NCBI GenBank assembly: GCA_963741945.1
Contig: CAVUKA010000003.1
Span: 787,998 to 851,997, forward strand
DNA: 64,000 nt
Direction of reading: 5' to 3'
Source: an uncultured Gemmatimonadales bacterium
Lineage (GTDB): Bacteria > Gemmatimonadota > Gemmatimonadetes > Longimicrobiales > RSA9
The notes beneath the pieces are model-generated. The model saw only the letters and a program-made list of their open reading frames with translations. It ran no database searches and was not told where the DNA came from. The translations under genes and the position numbers were made by a program. Of this stretch, positions 41,219-50,257 are shown piece by piece (the stretch's first letter is position 1; each line of letters opens with the position of its first letter).

Positions 41219-44200
41219 GTGTTCGTCCACCTCCATACACATTCCGAATTCTCGCTCCTCGATGGCGCGAACCGGCTGAGTGACCTGATCCGACGGGCGC
41301 AGGAGTACGAGATGCCCGCTGTCGCGCTGACGGACCACGGCACACTATACGGGGCGTGGCAGTTCCGGCAGCAGGCGACGAAGGCGGGGATCAAGCCGAT
41401 CATCGGCATGGAAGCGTACGTGGCCCCCGGCGCGCGGCAGGAGCGGAGCGTGACCCGGGGCGAGCGGCCGTACTACCACCTGGTGCTCCTGGCCCGTGAC
41501 CTGGCCGGCTACCGCAACCTGGTGCGCCTCTCCTCCATCGGCTTCCTGGAGGGCTTCTACCACCGCCCGCGCGTGGACCGGGAACTCCTGGAGCGCCATT
41601 CCGAGGGTCTCCTGGTCAGCAGCGCGTGCATGGCGGGGGAAGTGGCGCGCCACCTGATGGCCGACCGCCTGGACGCGGCCCGGGAGGCGGCCTCCTGGTA
41701 CGCGGACGTCTTCCGCGACCGCTACTACCTGGAAGTCCAGGCACACGACACGGAAGGACAGGCGGGGCTGAACGAAAAGGTGTTCGCGCTGGCCGACGAG
41801 CTGTCGCTCCCGGTCGTCGCCACGAACGACGCCCACTTCCTCCGGCCCGAGGACCACGACGCGCACGACGTGCTCCTCTGCATCGGCCTCGGCAAGGACC
41901 GCGAGGACCAGAACCGGATGCGCTACGACCGCGGGCTCTATTTCAAGTCCGGGCGCGAGATGGCGGAGCGCTTCCCCGGCCATCCGGACGTGCTGGAGAA
42001 CACGCTGGCCATCGCCGACCAGGTCTCGCTGGACCTGCCGAAGCAGTACCACGTCCCCAAGTTCCCGCTCCCCGACGGGATCAGCCTGGAGTCCGAGCTG
42101 CTGACGGCGCTGGCGACAGAAGGGACGAAGAAGCTCTATGGCGATCCGCTGCCGCCGCACGTCCGGGAGCGGCTGGACTACGAGCTGGGCGTGATCACGA
42201 ACCCGACCGCGGACTACTCGGGCTATTTCCTGATCACCGCGGACTTCATCAACTGGGCGAAGGACCACGGGATCCCGGTGGGGCCGGGACGCGGGTCGGC
42301 GGCCGGCTCCATCGTCGCCTACGCCATGGGCATCACGGGCGTGGACCCGCTCGAGTTCGACCTGCTGTTCGAGCGGTTCCTGAACCCGGACCGCGTGTCC
42401 ATGCCCGACATCGACATCGACTTCTGCTACGAGCGCAGGGGCGAGGTCATCGAGTACGTGCGGGAGAAGTACGGGCGCGACAGCGTGGGACAGATCATCA
42501 CGTTCGGGACCATGAAGTCCCGGGCGGTGATCCGGGACGTGGGACGCGTGCTCGGATTCGAGCCCGCGGAGACGGACCGGCTGGCGAAGCTGATCCCGAA
42601 CGCTCCCGGGAACAGCATGACGGTATCGGAGGCGAGGGAGAAGATCGGCGAGCTGCGGGAGATGGCGCGCTCCGATGACCGGGTCCGGCGCCTGCTCGAC
42701 TACGCGGAGACGCTGGAGGGGCTGGCCCGCCACGCCAGCGTGCACGCCGCGGGCGTGGTCATCGCGCCCGGGCCGCTCCAGGAGTACGTCCCCGTGTGCA
42801 CGCAGTCGGGCGGGCGCGGCGCCGGCTCGAACGGGGATGAGGACACGATCGTGACCCAGTGGGACATGATCGCGCTGGAGCAGGCCGGGATGCTGAAGAT
42901 GGACTTCCTCGGCCTGAAGACGCTCACGGTGATCTACGACGCCGCGGACGCGGTGCGGCAGAACCACGGGGAGCTGAAGCACCCGGTCACGGGCGAAGCG
43001 TACGAGCGGATCGAGGACGTCCCGCTGGACGACGCGGCCGTATACGAGATGCTCGCCCATGGCGGCACCAGCGGCGTGTTCCAGTTCGAGTCGAGCCTGG
43101 CCACGGACAAGCTGCGGGCCATGAAGTGCGACCGCTTCGAGGACCTGGTGGCCACGAACGCGCTCATCCGGCCGGGCCCGCTGGACAGCGGGATGACGGA
43201 CGTGTTCATCCGTCGGAAGCTCGGCAGGGAGCCGGTCACGTACCCGTTGCCGCAGCTGGAGGAGGTGCTGGAGCCGACGTACGGCGTCATCACCTACCAG
43301 GAGCAGCTGATGCGCATCGCGCAGGTCCTGGCCGGCTTCACGCTGGCCGAGGCGGACGTGATGCGGAAGGCCGTCGGGAAGAAGGACGCGGAGCTGATCG
43401 CCGCGCAGCTGGAGAAGTTCGTGTCGCGCGCCGAGGAGCTCGGGGTGCCGCGCGCGAAGGCGAGAGAGATCGCCGAGCAGATCGAGACGTTCGGCCGCTA
43501 CGGCTTCAACCGGAGCCACTCGGTGGCGTACGCGCTGCTGAGCTACCAGACCGCGTGGCTGAAGCGGCACTACCCCGCCGAGTTCATGGCGGCGCTGCTG
43601 TCGTCGGTTGTGGACAAAACGGACGACGTGGTAAAGTACATCGCGGAGTGTCGCGAGATGACGCGCCACATCCCCGGCCGCGAGGACCCCATCGAGGTCC
43701 TCCCCCCCGACGTCAACGAGAGCGGTTGGAAGTTCACGGCGGTGAGCGATACCGCCATCCGCTTCGGCATGGGCGCGTGCCGTGGTGTGGGCGAGGGTGC
43801 GGTGCGGGAGATCCTGACGGCAAGGGCCGACGGCGCGTTCGAGAGCCTGTTCGAGCTGGTGGACCGGCTCGACCTGCGGACCGCGGGGAAGCGCACGCTG
43901 GAAGCGCTCATTGCCGCGGGGGCGTGCGACTCGTTCGGTCACCGGGCGCAGCTCATGGCCGGGCTGGAAATGGCCGTGGGCGAGGCGCAGCTGCGGCAGG
44001 CGGAGCGGGAGAGCGGGCAGGGATCGCTCTTCGACCTGGGCGCGGAAGCGGCGCCCGTGCGCGAGCCGCCGAAACTTCCGGACGTGCCGAAGTGGCCGGA
44101 ATCGGACCGGCTGGCGCGGGAGAAAGAGATCCTGGGCTTCTTCATCAGCGGGCATCCGCTGGACAAGTTCGGGGACGAGCTGAAGCTGTTCGGCAGCGTG

Positions 44201-44761
44201 AACACGGCGAACCTGTCGGAGTACCGGGACAGGAAGGTGGAGCTGGCGTGCGTGGTCACGGCCATCGCGCGCCAGATCTCGAAGCGGAACGGACAGGAGT
44301 GGGGGCGGGTGAGCGTGGAGGACTTCCACGGCACGGCTTCCGTGCTGGCGTTCGGTGAGGCGTGGGAGAAGTACCGGGACGTGCTGCTGCAGGACGCGGC
44401 CGTCATTGTCCGGGGACAGGTCTCGGGCCGCGACCGCGACGAGGACGACCCGCCCATCTTCCTCGATGAGGCGCTGCCGCTCGCCACGGTGCGCGACGCC
44501 GGCTCCGTCGGCATCGAAGTGCGGCTGCGGCGTGGCGCGTCGGCGAACGCCATCGAGGCGGCTACCGTTGCGTTCCGTCGCAGCCCGGGCGACGCTCCGC
44601 TGTACGTCCGCCTGGACGGGAACGGTGGCGGCGGGGACGCCGCGAGGCCGAAGCGCTTCCGCTCCCGGTCGGTTCGGGTGTCGGCATCGCCGGAGCTGGT
44701 GGCGGAGCTGAAGGAGCTGTTCGGTCCGGAGCGGGTCCGACTCGTACGAGCGCAAGGGTGA
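41219..44761 (+). CDS. dnaE: DNA polymerase III alpha subunit
   Basis: PHP FVHLHTHSEFSLLDG, GPGRGSAAGS, MPDIDIDF, KMDFLGL, OB fold. Confidence 0.98.
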   Translation: MFVHLHTHSEFSLLDGANRLSDLIRRAQEYEMPAVALTDHGTLYGAWQFRQQATKAGIKPIIGMEAYVAPGARQERSVTRGERPYYHLVLLARDLAGYRNLVRLSSIGFLEGFYHRPRVDRELLERHSEGLLVSSACMAGEVARHLMADRLDAAREAASWYADVFRDRYYLEVQAHDTEGQAGLNEKVFALADELSLPVVATNDAHFLRPEDHDAHDVLLCIGLGKDREDQNRMRYDRGLYFKSGREMAERFPGHPDVLENTLAIADQVSLDLPKQYHVPKFPLPDGISLESELLTALATEGTKKLYGDPLPPHVRERLDYELGVITNPTADYSGYFLITADFINWAKDHGIPVGPGRGSAAGSIVAYAMGITGVDPLEFDLLFERFLNPDRVSMPDIDIDFCYERRGEVIEYVREKYGRDSVGQIITFGTMKSRAVIRDVGRVLGFEPAETDRLAKLIPNAPGNSMTVSEAREKIGELREMARSDDRVRRLLDYAETLEGLARHASVHAAGVVIAPGPLQEYVPVCTQSGGRGAGSNGDEDTIVTQWDMIALEQAGMLKMDFLGLKTLTVIYDAADAVRQNHGELKHPVTGEAYERIEDVPLDDAAVYEMLAHGGTSGVFQFESSLATDKLRAMKCDRFEDLVATNALIRPGPLDSGMTDVFIRRKLGREPVTYPLPQLEEVLEPTYGVITYQEQLMRIAQVLAGFTLAEADVMRKAVGKKDAELIAAQLEKFVSRAEELGVPRAKAREIAEQIETFGRYGFNRSHSVAYALLSYQTAWLKRHYPAEFMAALLSSVVDKTDDVVKYIAECREMTRHIPGREDPIEVLPPDVNESGWKFTAVSDTAIRFGMGACRGVGEGAVREILTARADGAFESLFELVDRLDLRTAGKRTLEALIAAGACDSFGHRAQLMAGLEMAVGEAQLRQAERESGQGSLFDLGAEAAPVREPPKLPDVPKWPESDRLAREKEILGFFISGHPLDKFGDELKLFGSVNTANLSEYRDRKVELACVVTAIARQISKRNGQEWGRVSVEDFHGTASVLAFGEAWEKYRDVLLQDAAVIVRGQVSGRDRDEDDPPIFLDEALPLATVRDAGSVGIEVRLRRGASANAIEAATVAFRRSPGDAPLYVRLDGNGGGGDAARPKRFRSRSVRVSASPELVAELKELFGPERVRLVRAQG

Positions 44762-44764
44762 GGA

Positions 44765-45736
44765 ATGGCCGGTGAACCGCTGGATTTCGAGCGTGACATC
44801 AGGGAGCTGGAAGAGCAGATCGACCGGCTCCAGGGACTGGCCCAGGACCGGGGCCTGGACGCGTCGCACGAGCTCGACACGCTGGAGGCGAAGGTGGAGG
44901 AGCTGAAGAAGGACGCGTACCGTGGGCTCTCGCCCATCGAGCGGGTCCAGCTCGCGCGCCACCCGCAGCGCCCGTTCACGCTGGACTACGTGGAGCGGGT
45001 GTTCACCGAGTTCATGGAGATGCACGGCGACCGCGCCTACCGCGACGACGAGGCCATCGTGGGGGGTTGGGCGAGACTGGACGGGCGAACCGTGATGGTG
45101 ATCGGGCACCAGCGCGGGCGGGACATGAAGGAGAACCTGCGGCGCAACTTCGGCATGCCGCACCCGGAGGGATACCGCAAGGCGCTCCGGCTGATGCACC
45201 AGGCGCAGAAGTTCGGCCATCCGGTGATCACGCTCATCGACACTCCGGGCGCCTACCCGGGGATGGGAGCGGAGGAGCGGGGGCAGGCAGAGGCCATCGC
45301 GCGGAACCTGCGCGAGATGGCCGCGCTGCGTGTGCCGTCCGTCTCGGTCGTGATCGGTGAGGGCGGGAGCGGCGGCGCGCTCGCGCTGGGCGTCACGGAC
45401 CGGATCCTCATGTTCGAGAACGCGATCTACAGCGTGATCACGGCCGAGGGGTGCGCGGCGATCCTGTGGAAGACGTCCGACGCGAAGGAGAAGGCAGCGG
45501 CCGCGCTCAAGATCACGGCGGGGGACCTCCAGCGCCTGAGCGTGGTGGACGAGGTCCTGCCGGAGCCCGGCGCCGGCGCCCACAACGACTGGGACGCGGC
45601 CGCGGATACGCTGCGGGACGCCCTCGTGCGACACGTGGGCGAGCTCGCCGAGCTCGATCCGGACGACCTCCGCGAGCGCCGCTGGGCGAAGTACGACGCG
45701 CTCGGCGAGTGGAAGGAATCCGTCCGCGCCGGCTGA
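44765..45736 (+). CDS. accA: Acetyl-CoA carboxylase carboxyltransferase alpha
   Basis: ARHPQRP, NFGMPHPEGYRKA, DTPGAYPG, GEGGSGGAL. Confidence 0.97.
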   Translation: MAGEPLDFERDIRELEEQIDRLQGLAQDRGLDASHELDTLEAKVEELKKDAYRGLSPIERVQLARHPQRPFTLDYVERVFTEFMEMHGDRAYRDDEAIVGGWARLDGRTVMVIGHQRGRDMKENLRRNFGMPHPEGYRKALRLMHQAQKFGHPVITLIDTPGAYPGMGAEERGQAEAIARNLREMAALRVPSVSVVIGEGGSGGALALGVTDRILMFENAIYSVITAEGCAAILWKTSDAKEKAAAALKITAGDLQRLSVVDEVLPEPGAGAHNDWDAAADTLRDALVRHVGELAELDPDDLRERRWAKYDALGEWKESVRAG

Positions 45737-45764
45737 GCCGCCGTCGCCTAGCCATCGAAGCCCC

Positions 45765-46664
45765 ATGCACATCGTCGAAGTCAGCTTCAAGGGAAACCGC
45801 CGGGACTATTTCGCCGCCGATGGCGAGCTGGCCTCCGTGGATTCGCACGTCATCGTGGAAGCGGACCGGGGCGAGGACCTGGGCCGCGTGACCGCGGCCG
45901 GCGCCGTGGCCGAGCGGAAGTGCACCGGGTGCTCCACCGGGTGCGCCGCGCCCACGCCATCGAAGCGCGTGCTCCGGCCCGCTCGCCCGGAGGAGATCGA
46001 GCGCTCCGTCGCGCTGCGGGCTGACGAGCCGCGGGTTCGCCGCACCGTGCGCGAGAAAGTGCAGCGGCACCAGCTGAAGATGAAGGTGAGCGAGGCCGAG
46101 TGGCAGTTCGACCGCAACAAGCTCACGGTCTACTTCACCGCCGATCGGCGGGTCGATTTCCGCGAGCTGGTGAAGGACCTGGCGCGCACGTTCCGGACGC
46201 GGATCGAGCTGAAGCAGATCGGGGTGCGGGACGAGGCGGCGCTCCTGGGCGGCGTCGGGCGCTGCGGCCGCGAGCTCTGCTGCTCCACCTGGCTGCGGGA
46301 GCTCAAGCCGGTGAGCCTGCAGCTGGCCAAGGACCAGCGCCTGTCGCTCAACCCGGCGCAGATCTCCGGCTGCTGCGGTCGGCTCATGTGCTGCCTCACC
46401 TACGAGCACGCGGCCTACGTGGAGGCCAGGAAGCGCTTCCCGCGCGAAGGGAAATGGCTCTCCACCGCCCGCGGCCGGGAGCGTGTCATCGCCGTGGACA
46501 TCTGGAGAGAGCGGGTCGTGCTCAAGGACGAGGAAGGGGAGCGCCGCACGCTGGAGCTGGCGGCGCTGAAGTCGGAGGTGGACGCGGGCTCGCGTCTGTC
46601 GGCGAAGCGGGAGCGCAGCCGCGGCGAGGCGGGGACGAACGGGAACGAGGGTGGTGAGGGGTGA
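45765..46664 (+). CDS. ricT: PSP1-domain Fe-S protein RicT/YaaT
   Basis: RVDFRELVKDLA, GRCGRELCC, SGCCGRLMCCLTYE. Confidence 0.9.
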   Translation: MHIVEVSFKGNRRDYFAADGELASVDSHVIVEADRGEDLGRVTAAGAVAERKCTGCSTGCAAPTPSKRVLRPARPEEIERSVALRADEPRVRRTVREKVQRHQLKMKVSEAEWQFDRNKLTVYFTADRRVDFRELVKDLARTFRTRIELKQIGVRDEAALLGGVGRCGRELCCSTWLRELKPVSLQLAKDQRLSLNPAQISGCCGRLMCCLTYEHAAYVEARKRFPREGKWLSTARGRERVIAVDIWRERVVLKDEEGERRTLELAALKSEVDAGSRLSAKRERSRGEAGTNGNEGGEG

Positions 46665-48223
46665 ACCCGAAGCGCTACAAGTACATAACGACGGCCATCG
46701 ACTACGCCAACGGCGCGCCGCACCTGGGCCACGCGCTGGAGAAGATCGGCGCTGACGCCATGGCACGGTACCGCCGGCTGAAGGGCGAGGTCGTGCACTA
46801 CGTCATCGGCATGGACGAGCACGGCCTCAAGGTGTTCCAGAGCGCCGAGGAGCGCGGGATCACGCCACAGGAGTGGGTGGACGAGCTGGCCGCCCAGTTC
46901 CAGGCCGCGTGGGAGCGGCTGCACATCAGCAACGACGACTTCATCCGCACCACGCAGGCGCGACACCGCCGCGCCGCGCAGGAGATGGTCCGCCGCATCG
47001 AGGCCGCCGGCGACCTCTACACCGACACGTACGCCGGCTACTACTGCGTGGGGTGCGAAGCGTACAAGACGGAGGACGAGCTGGAGTGGCGGGACCCCGA
47101 GTCGCCGCTGCCGAGGAGCGAGCCGCGCGCCGATCGGGCGCACGCGCTGCGCTGTCCGCTCCACCCGCGCCGGGAGCTGGAGTGGATGGAGGAGGAGAAC
47201 TGGTTCTTCCGCCTCTCCCGTTACCAGGACCGCCTGCTCGACCTGCTGGACGAGCGTCCCGAGTTCGTCCAGCCGGAGACCCGCCGCAACGAGGTCCGGC
47301 GCGTCATCGAGGGCGGCCTCGAGGACATCTCCGTCTCCCGCGCCCGCCTCCGCTGGGGCGTGCCGTGGCCGGACGACCCGGAGCACGTGGTCTACGTCTG
47401 GCTGGAGGCGCTCAGCAACTACCTGTCCGCCACCGGCTTCCCCGACGAGGACTACACCCGCTACTGGCCCGCCGACTTCCACGTCATCGGCAAGGACATC
47501 ACCCGCTTCCACTGCATCTACTGGCCCGCGTTCCTCATGAGCGCCGGCCTGTCGCTCCCACGCACCGTCTGGGCACACGGCTTCATCAATTACGGCGGCG
47601 GCAAGATGTCGAAGTCGGAGGGCGTGAGCATCACCCTCGACGCCGCCATCGAGCGCCACGGCCCCGACGCCCTCCGCTATTACCTGCTCCACGACATCCC
47701 CTGGACCGGCGATGGCGACTTCTCCCTCGACCGCTTCGACGATGTCTACACCGCCGAGCTCGCCAACGACCTCGGCAACCTGGCCAGCCGCAGCCTCTCC
47801 ATGATCGAGCGCTACCGCGACGGCGTGGTCCCGCACGGCGGCAAGACGGACCTGGACGAGCGCATCCCGGACGTGCTCGTCCGCTACCGCGCCGCCATGG
47901 ATGGCAACCTCCTCCACCAGGGGATCGGCGCCGCCATGGAGCTCGCCGACGCGGCCAACGGCTTCGTCGAGACCCGCGCGCCCTGGAGCCAGGCGAAGGA
48001 TCCGTCGCAGGCGACGGAGCTCGATGCCACCCTCGCCGCCCTCGCCCGCGCCCTCGCCGCCCTCGCCACCATGCTCGAGCCCTTCCTCCCCGAGCGCATG
48101 CGCGTCCTCGCCGCCGCGCTCGGCCTCGAGCGGATCCCCGGCCTCGACGACATCGCCCGCCTCGACCTCGAAGGGCACAATGTCGCGCGAGGCGAGATCC
48201 TGTTCCCCCGTACCGAGCGGTAG
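46661..48223 (+). CDS. metG: Methionine--tRNA ligase (short form without C-terminal tRNA-binding domain)
   Basis: YANGAPHLGH, YVWLEAL, IGKDITRFH, KMSKS. Confidence 0.95.
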   Translation: MNPKRYKYITTAIDYANGAPHLGHALEKIGADAMARYRRLKGEVVHYVIGMDEHGLKVFQSAEERGITPQEWVDELAAQFQAAWERLHISNDDFIRTTQARHRRAAQEMVRRIEAAGDLYTDTYAGYYCVGCEAYKTEDELEWRDPESPLPRSEPRADRAHALRCPLHPRRELEWMEEENWFFRLSRYQDRLLDLLDERPEFVQPETRRNEVRRVIEGGLEDISVSRARLRWGVPWPDDPEHVVYVWLEALSNYLSATGFPDEDYTRYWPADFHVIGKDITRFHCIYWPAFLMSAGLSLPRTVWAHGFINYGGGKMSKSEGVSITLDAAIERHGPDALRYYLLHDIPWTGDGDFSLDRFDDVYTAELANDLGNLASRSLSMIERYRDGVVPHGGKTDLDERIPDVLVRYRAAMDGNLLHQGIGAAMELADAANGFVETRAPWSQAKDPSQATELDATLAALARALAALATMLEPFLPERMRVLAAALGLERIPGLDDIARLDLEGHNVARGEILFPRTER

Positions 48224-48257
48224 CTGTGGGGAAATCCCCCAAACCTCGCGGCGCGCC

Positions 48258-48287
48258 TTGACGACGCGCCGCGGGTGGGGATATCCT
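48258..48287 (+). promoter_or_regulatory. Putative sigma70 promoter of the M23 gene
   Basis: TTGACG-N18-TATCCT. Confidence 0.5.
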
Positions 48288-48342
48288 TGCCCGGTTCCAC
48301 TCAGGAAATCATCCAGAACGCTTCCCCGAACCCAGGATCTCC

Positions 48343-49284
48343 ATGGCACGGCGCCATTGGACACTCATGGTCGTTCCGGACGACCAGTCCTGTGTGCGGC
48401 AGTACCGGCTGTCGAGCCGGTCGCTGCGTACCGCCCTGCTGGTGACGGCCGGCGCGCTGATCCTCCTCGTGAGTCTCGCGGCCGGCTTTTTCGTCGAAGA
48501 AGGGCAGCGGAACGAAGCGGAGCGGCTGGAGCGGACGAACGCGCTGCTGCAGAGCCAGCTGGAGACGATCCGGTCGGACATGTCGGTGCTGCAGAACTCG
48601 CTCGCGGAGCTTTCGGCGAAGGACGAGCGCTACCGGCTGCTGGCGAACCTCGACCCGCTGGACGAGGACGTGAAGAAGGCCGGTGTCGGCGGCCCGGGCA
48701 CGCGCACGGTGGAGGAAATGCCGCTCTGGCACGTGGACCGCATCCTGGCCCGTGAAGCGTTCGGTGCGAGCGCGGACGTGCGCTCGCTGGTCCGCCGCGC
48801 GCGTGTGCTGGTGGCGAGCTGGGACGAGGCGACGGAGTCGATGGAGACGCAGGTGGACGCGTGGGAGCGCACCCCGTCGATCATGCCCACGACCGGATAC
48901 GAGACCAGCGGCTTCAGCTACAGCCGGCTTCATCCGATCCTGAACGTGCGGAGGCCGCACAAGGGGATCGACATCGTGGCCAAGCGCGGGACCCCGGTGG
49001 TGGCTGCCGCGAAGGGGACGGTCGCGTTCGCCGGGGACACGCACGGCGAGTACGGCTGGATGGTGGAGATCGACCACGGGAACGGGATGAGCACGCGCTA
49101 CGCTCACCTGGCGAAGGGGAGTGTGCTGGTGGAGCCCGGGCAGCTGGTGGAGCGGTGGCAGAAGCTGGCCGAAGTGGGGAGCACCGGCATGGTGACAGCG
49201 CCGAGCACGCACTATGAAGTGCTCGTACGCGGGCGGCCCGTGGACCCCGACAAGTTCGTCATCGGGGACGTACTCCGCTTCTGA
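48343..49284 (+). CDS. M23 metallopeptidase with TM helix and coiled coil
   Basis: HKGID, YAHL, STHYEV. Confidence 0.9.
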   Translation: MARRHWTLMVVPDDQSCVRQYRLSSRSLRTALLVTAGALILLVSLAAGFFVEEGQRNEAERLERTNALLQSQLETIRSDMSVLQNSLAELSAKDERYRLLANLDPLDEDVKKAGVGGPGTRTVEEMPLWHVDRILAREAFGASADVRSLVRRARVLVASWDEATESMETQVDAWERTPSIMPTTGYETSGFSYSRLHPILNVRRPHKGIDIVAKRGTPVVAAAKGTVAFAGDTHGEYGWMVEIDHGNGMSTRYAHLAKGSVLVEPGQLVERWQKLAEVGSTGMVTAPSTHYEVLVRGRPVDPDKFVIGDVLRF

Positions 49285-49381
49285 CCGCGATCCGCGCGGG
49301 GGCGCTGGCAGACGCGCGAGCCCTGCCTGCCTCGGCGCCGGCCCTGCCGGAGGCGGGGGGCCAGACCGTGGGCGCCATGGC

Positions 49382-49410
49382 TTGATGGACCCCGCGGGCG
49401 CCTGTACTTT
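49382..49410 (+). promoter_or_regulatory. Putative sigma70 promoter
   Basis: TTGATG-N17-TACTTT. Confidence 0.45.
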
Positions 49411-49448
49411 GTTGTCCTTCCAGCGATCCATCTTTCCGAGAGAGACAG

Positions 49449-50234
49449 ATGAAACGAGTGGTCCTGATCCTGGCGGCCGCGGTATTCGCGGCGAGCACTG
49501 CGGCCTGTGGCGGTGGGAACGTTACCGTGCTGGCGCAGCTCCAGGGCGCGTCCACCGGGGCCGAGACGGCCGAGCCGGTGGCACTGGGGAGCCTCCCCGT
49601 CCGCCTGCTGCCGTACGATCGTGACGCGATCTTCGACTCACTGAAGGCGGCGTACCCGGAGCCGGAGCCGGAAGTGCCGGACAGCATCCTCGATCTCCAG
49701 AACCGGGTGGTCACGCAGCAGCGGGAGTGGCAGCAGGCCAACAACCGGTGGCTGACGCTGCGGGACAGTCTGAAGACGCTGTCGGACAAGATGGCGCGAA
49801 TGGACAAGAGCTCCGGCCAGTATTTTGCCATGTTCCGCGACTTCAACGACCTGGACGACCAGGTCAACCAGTTGGAGCGGCGATCGAACCAGGCGTTCCA
49901 GGAGTTCACCACCGCGCAGAACCGGCTGAGCGAGCAGGCGCGCGAGATCCGGCTGGCGAAGCAGGCATGGTCGGACGAGGCGTACGCGCCCATCGATTCG
50001 ATCATCCAGGCGAAGCTGGAGGCGATGGGGTTGGAAGAGCGCGCGGACACGACCAATGCCCAGGGGATGGCCTATTTCAAGGGCGTTCCCACGCGGAAGT
50101 GGTGGGTCACGGCGCGCTACGAGCGGCAGTTCGATGAGCTCTACTGGAACGTCCCGGTCGACGTCCAGGGCGGCAAGGAGCCGACGCAGGTCCGTCTCAC
50201 CGAGGAGAACGCCGAGGTGCGACAGAAGCTCTGA
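49449..50234 (+). CDS. Hypothetical lipoprotein with central coiled coil
   Basis: MKR-hydrophobic-TAAC signal, helical core, typical codon bias. Confidence 0.8.
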   Translation: MKRVVLILAAAVFAASTAACGGGNVTVLAQLQGASTGAETAEPVALGSLPVRLLPYDRDAIFDSLKAAYPEPEPEVPDSILDLQNRVVTQQREWQQANNRWLTLRDSLKTLSDKMARMDKSSGQYFAMFRDFNDLDDQVNQLERRSNQAFQEFTTAQNRLSEQAREIRLAKQAWSDEAYAPIDSIIQAKLEAMGLEERADTTNAQGMAYFKGVPTRKWWVTARYERQFDELYWNVPVDVQGGKEPTQVRLTEENAEVRQKL

Positions 50235-50257
50235 CCGGGCCTGAACCGTGAGGTAGA

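Noticed and set aside
41219-44761. Intein in DnaE (also considered for GyrA)
   Set aside because: Lengths are normal and no intein terminal motifs are present. The GyrA insertion is low-complexity.
41345-45790. 1481-aa minus-strand ORF and similar long antisense ORFs (7442-10291, 15937-18852, 60499-62523)
   Set aside because: Shadow frames of real high-GC genes on the opposite strand.
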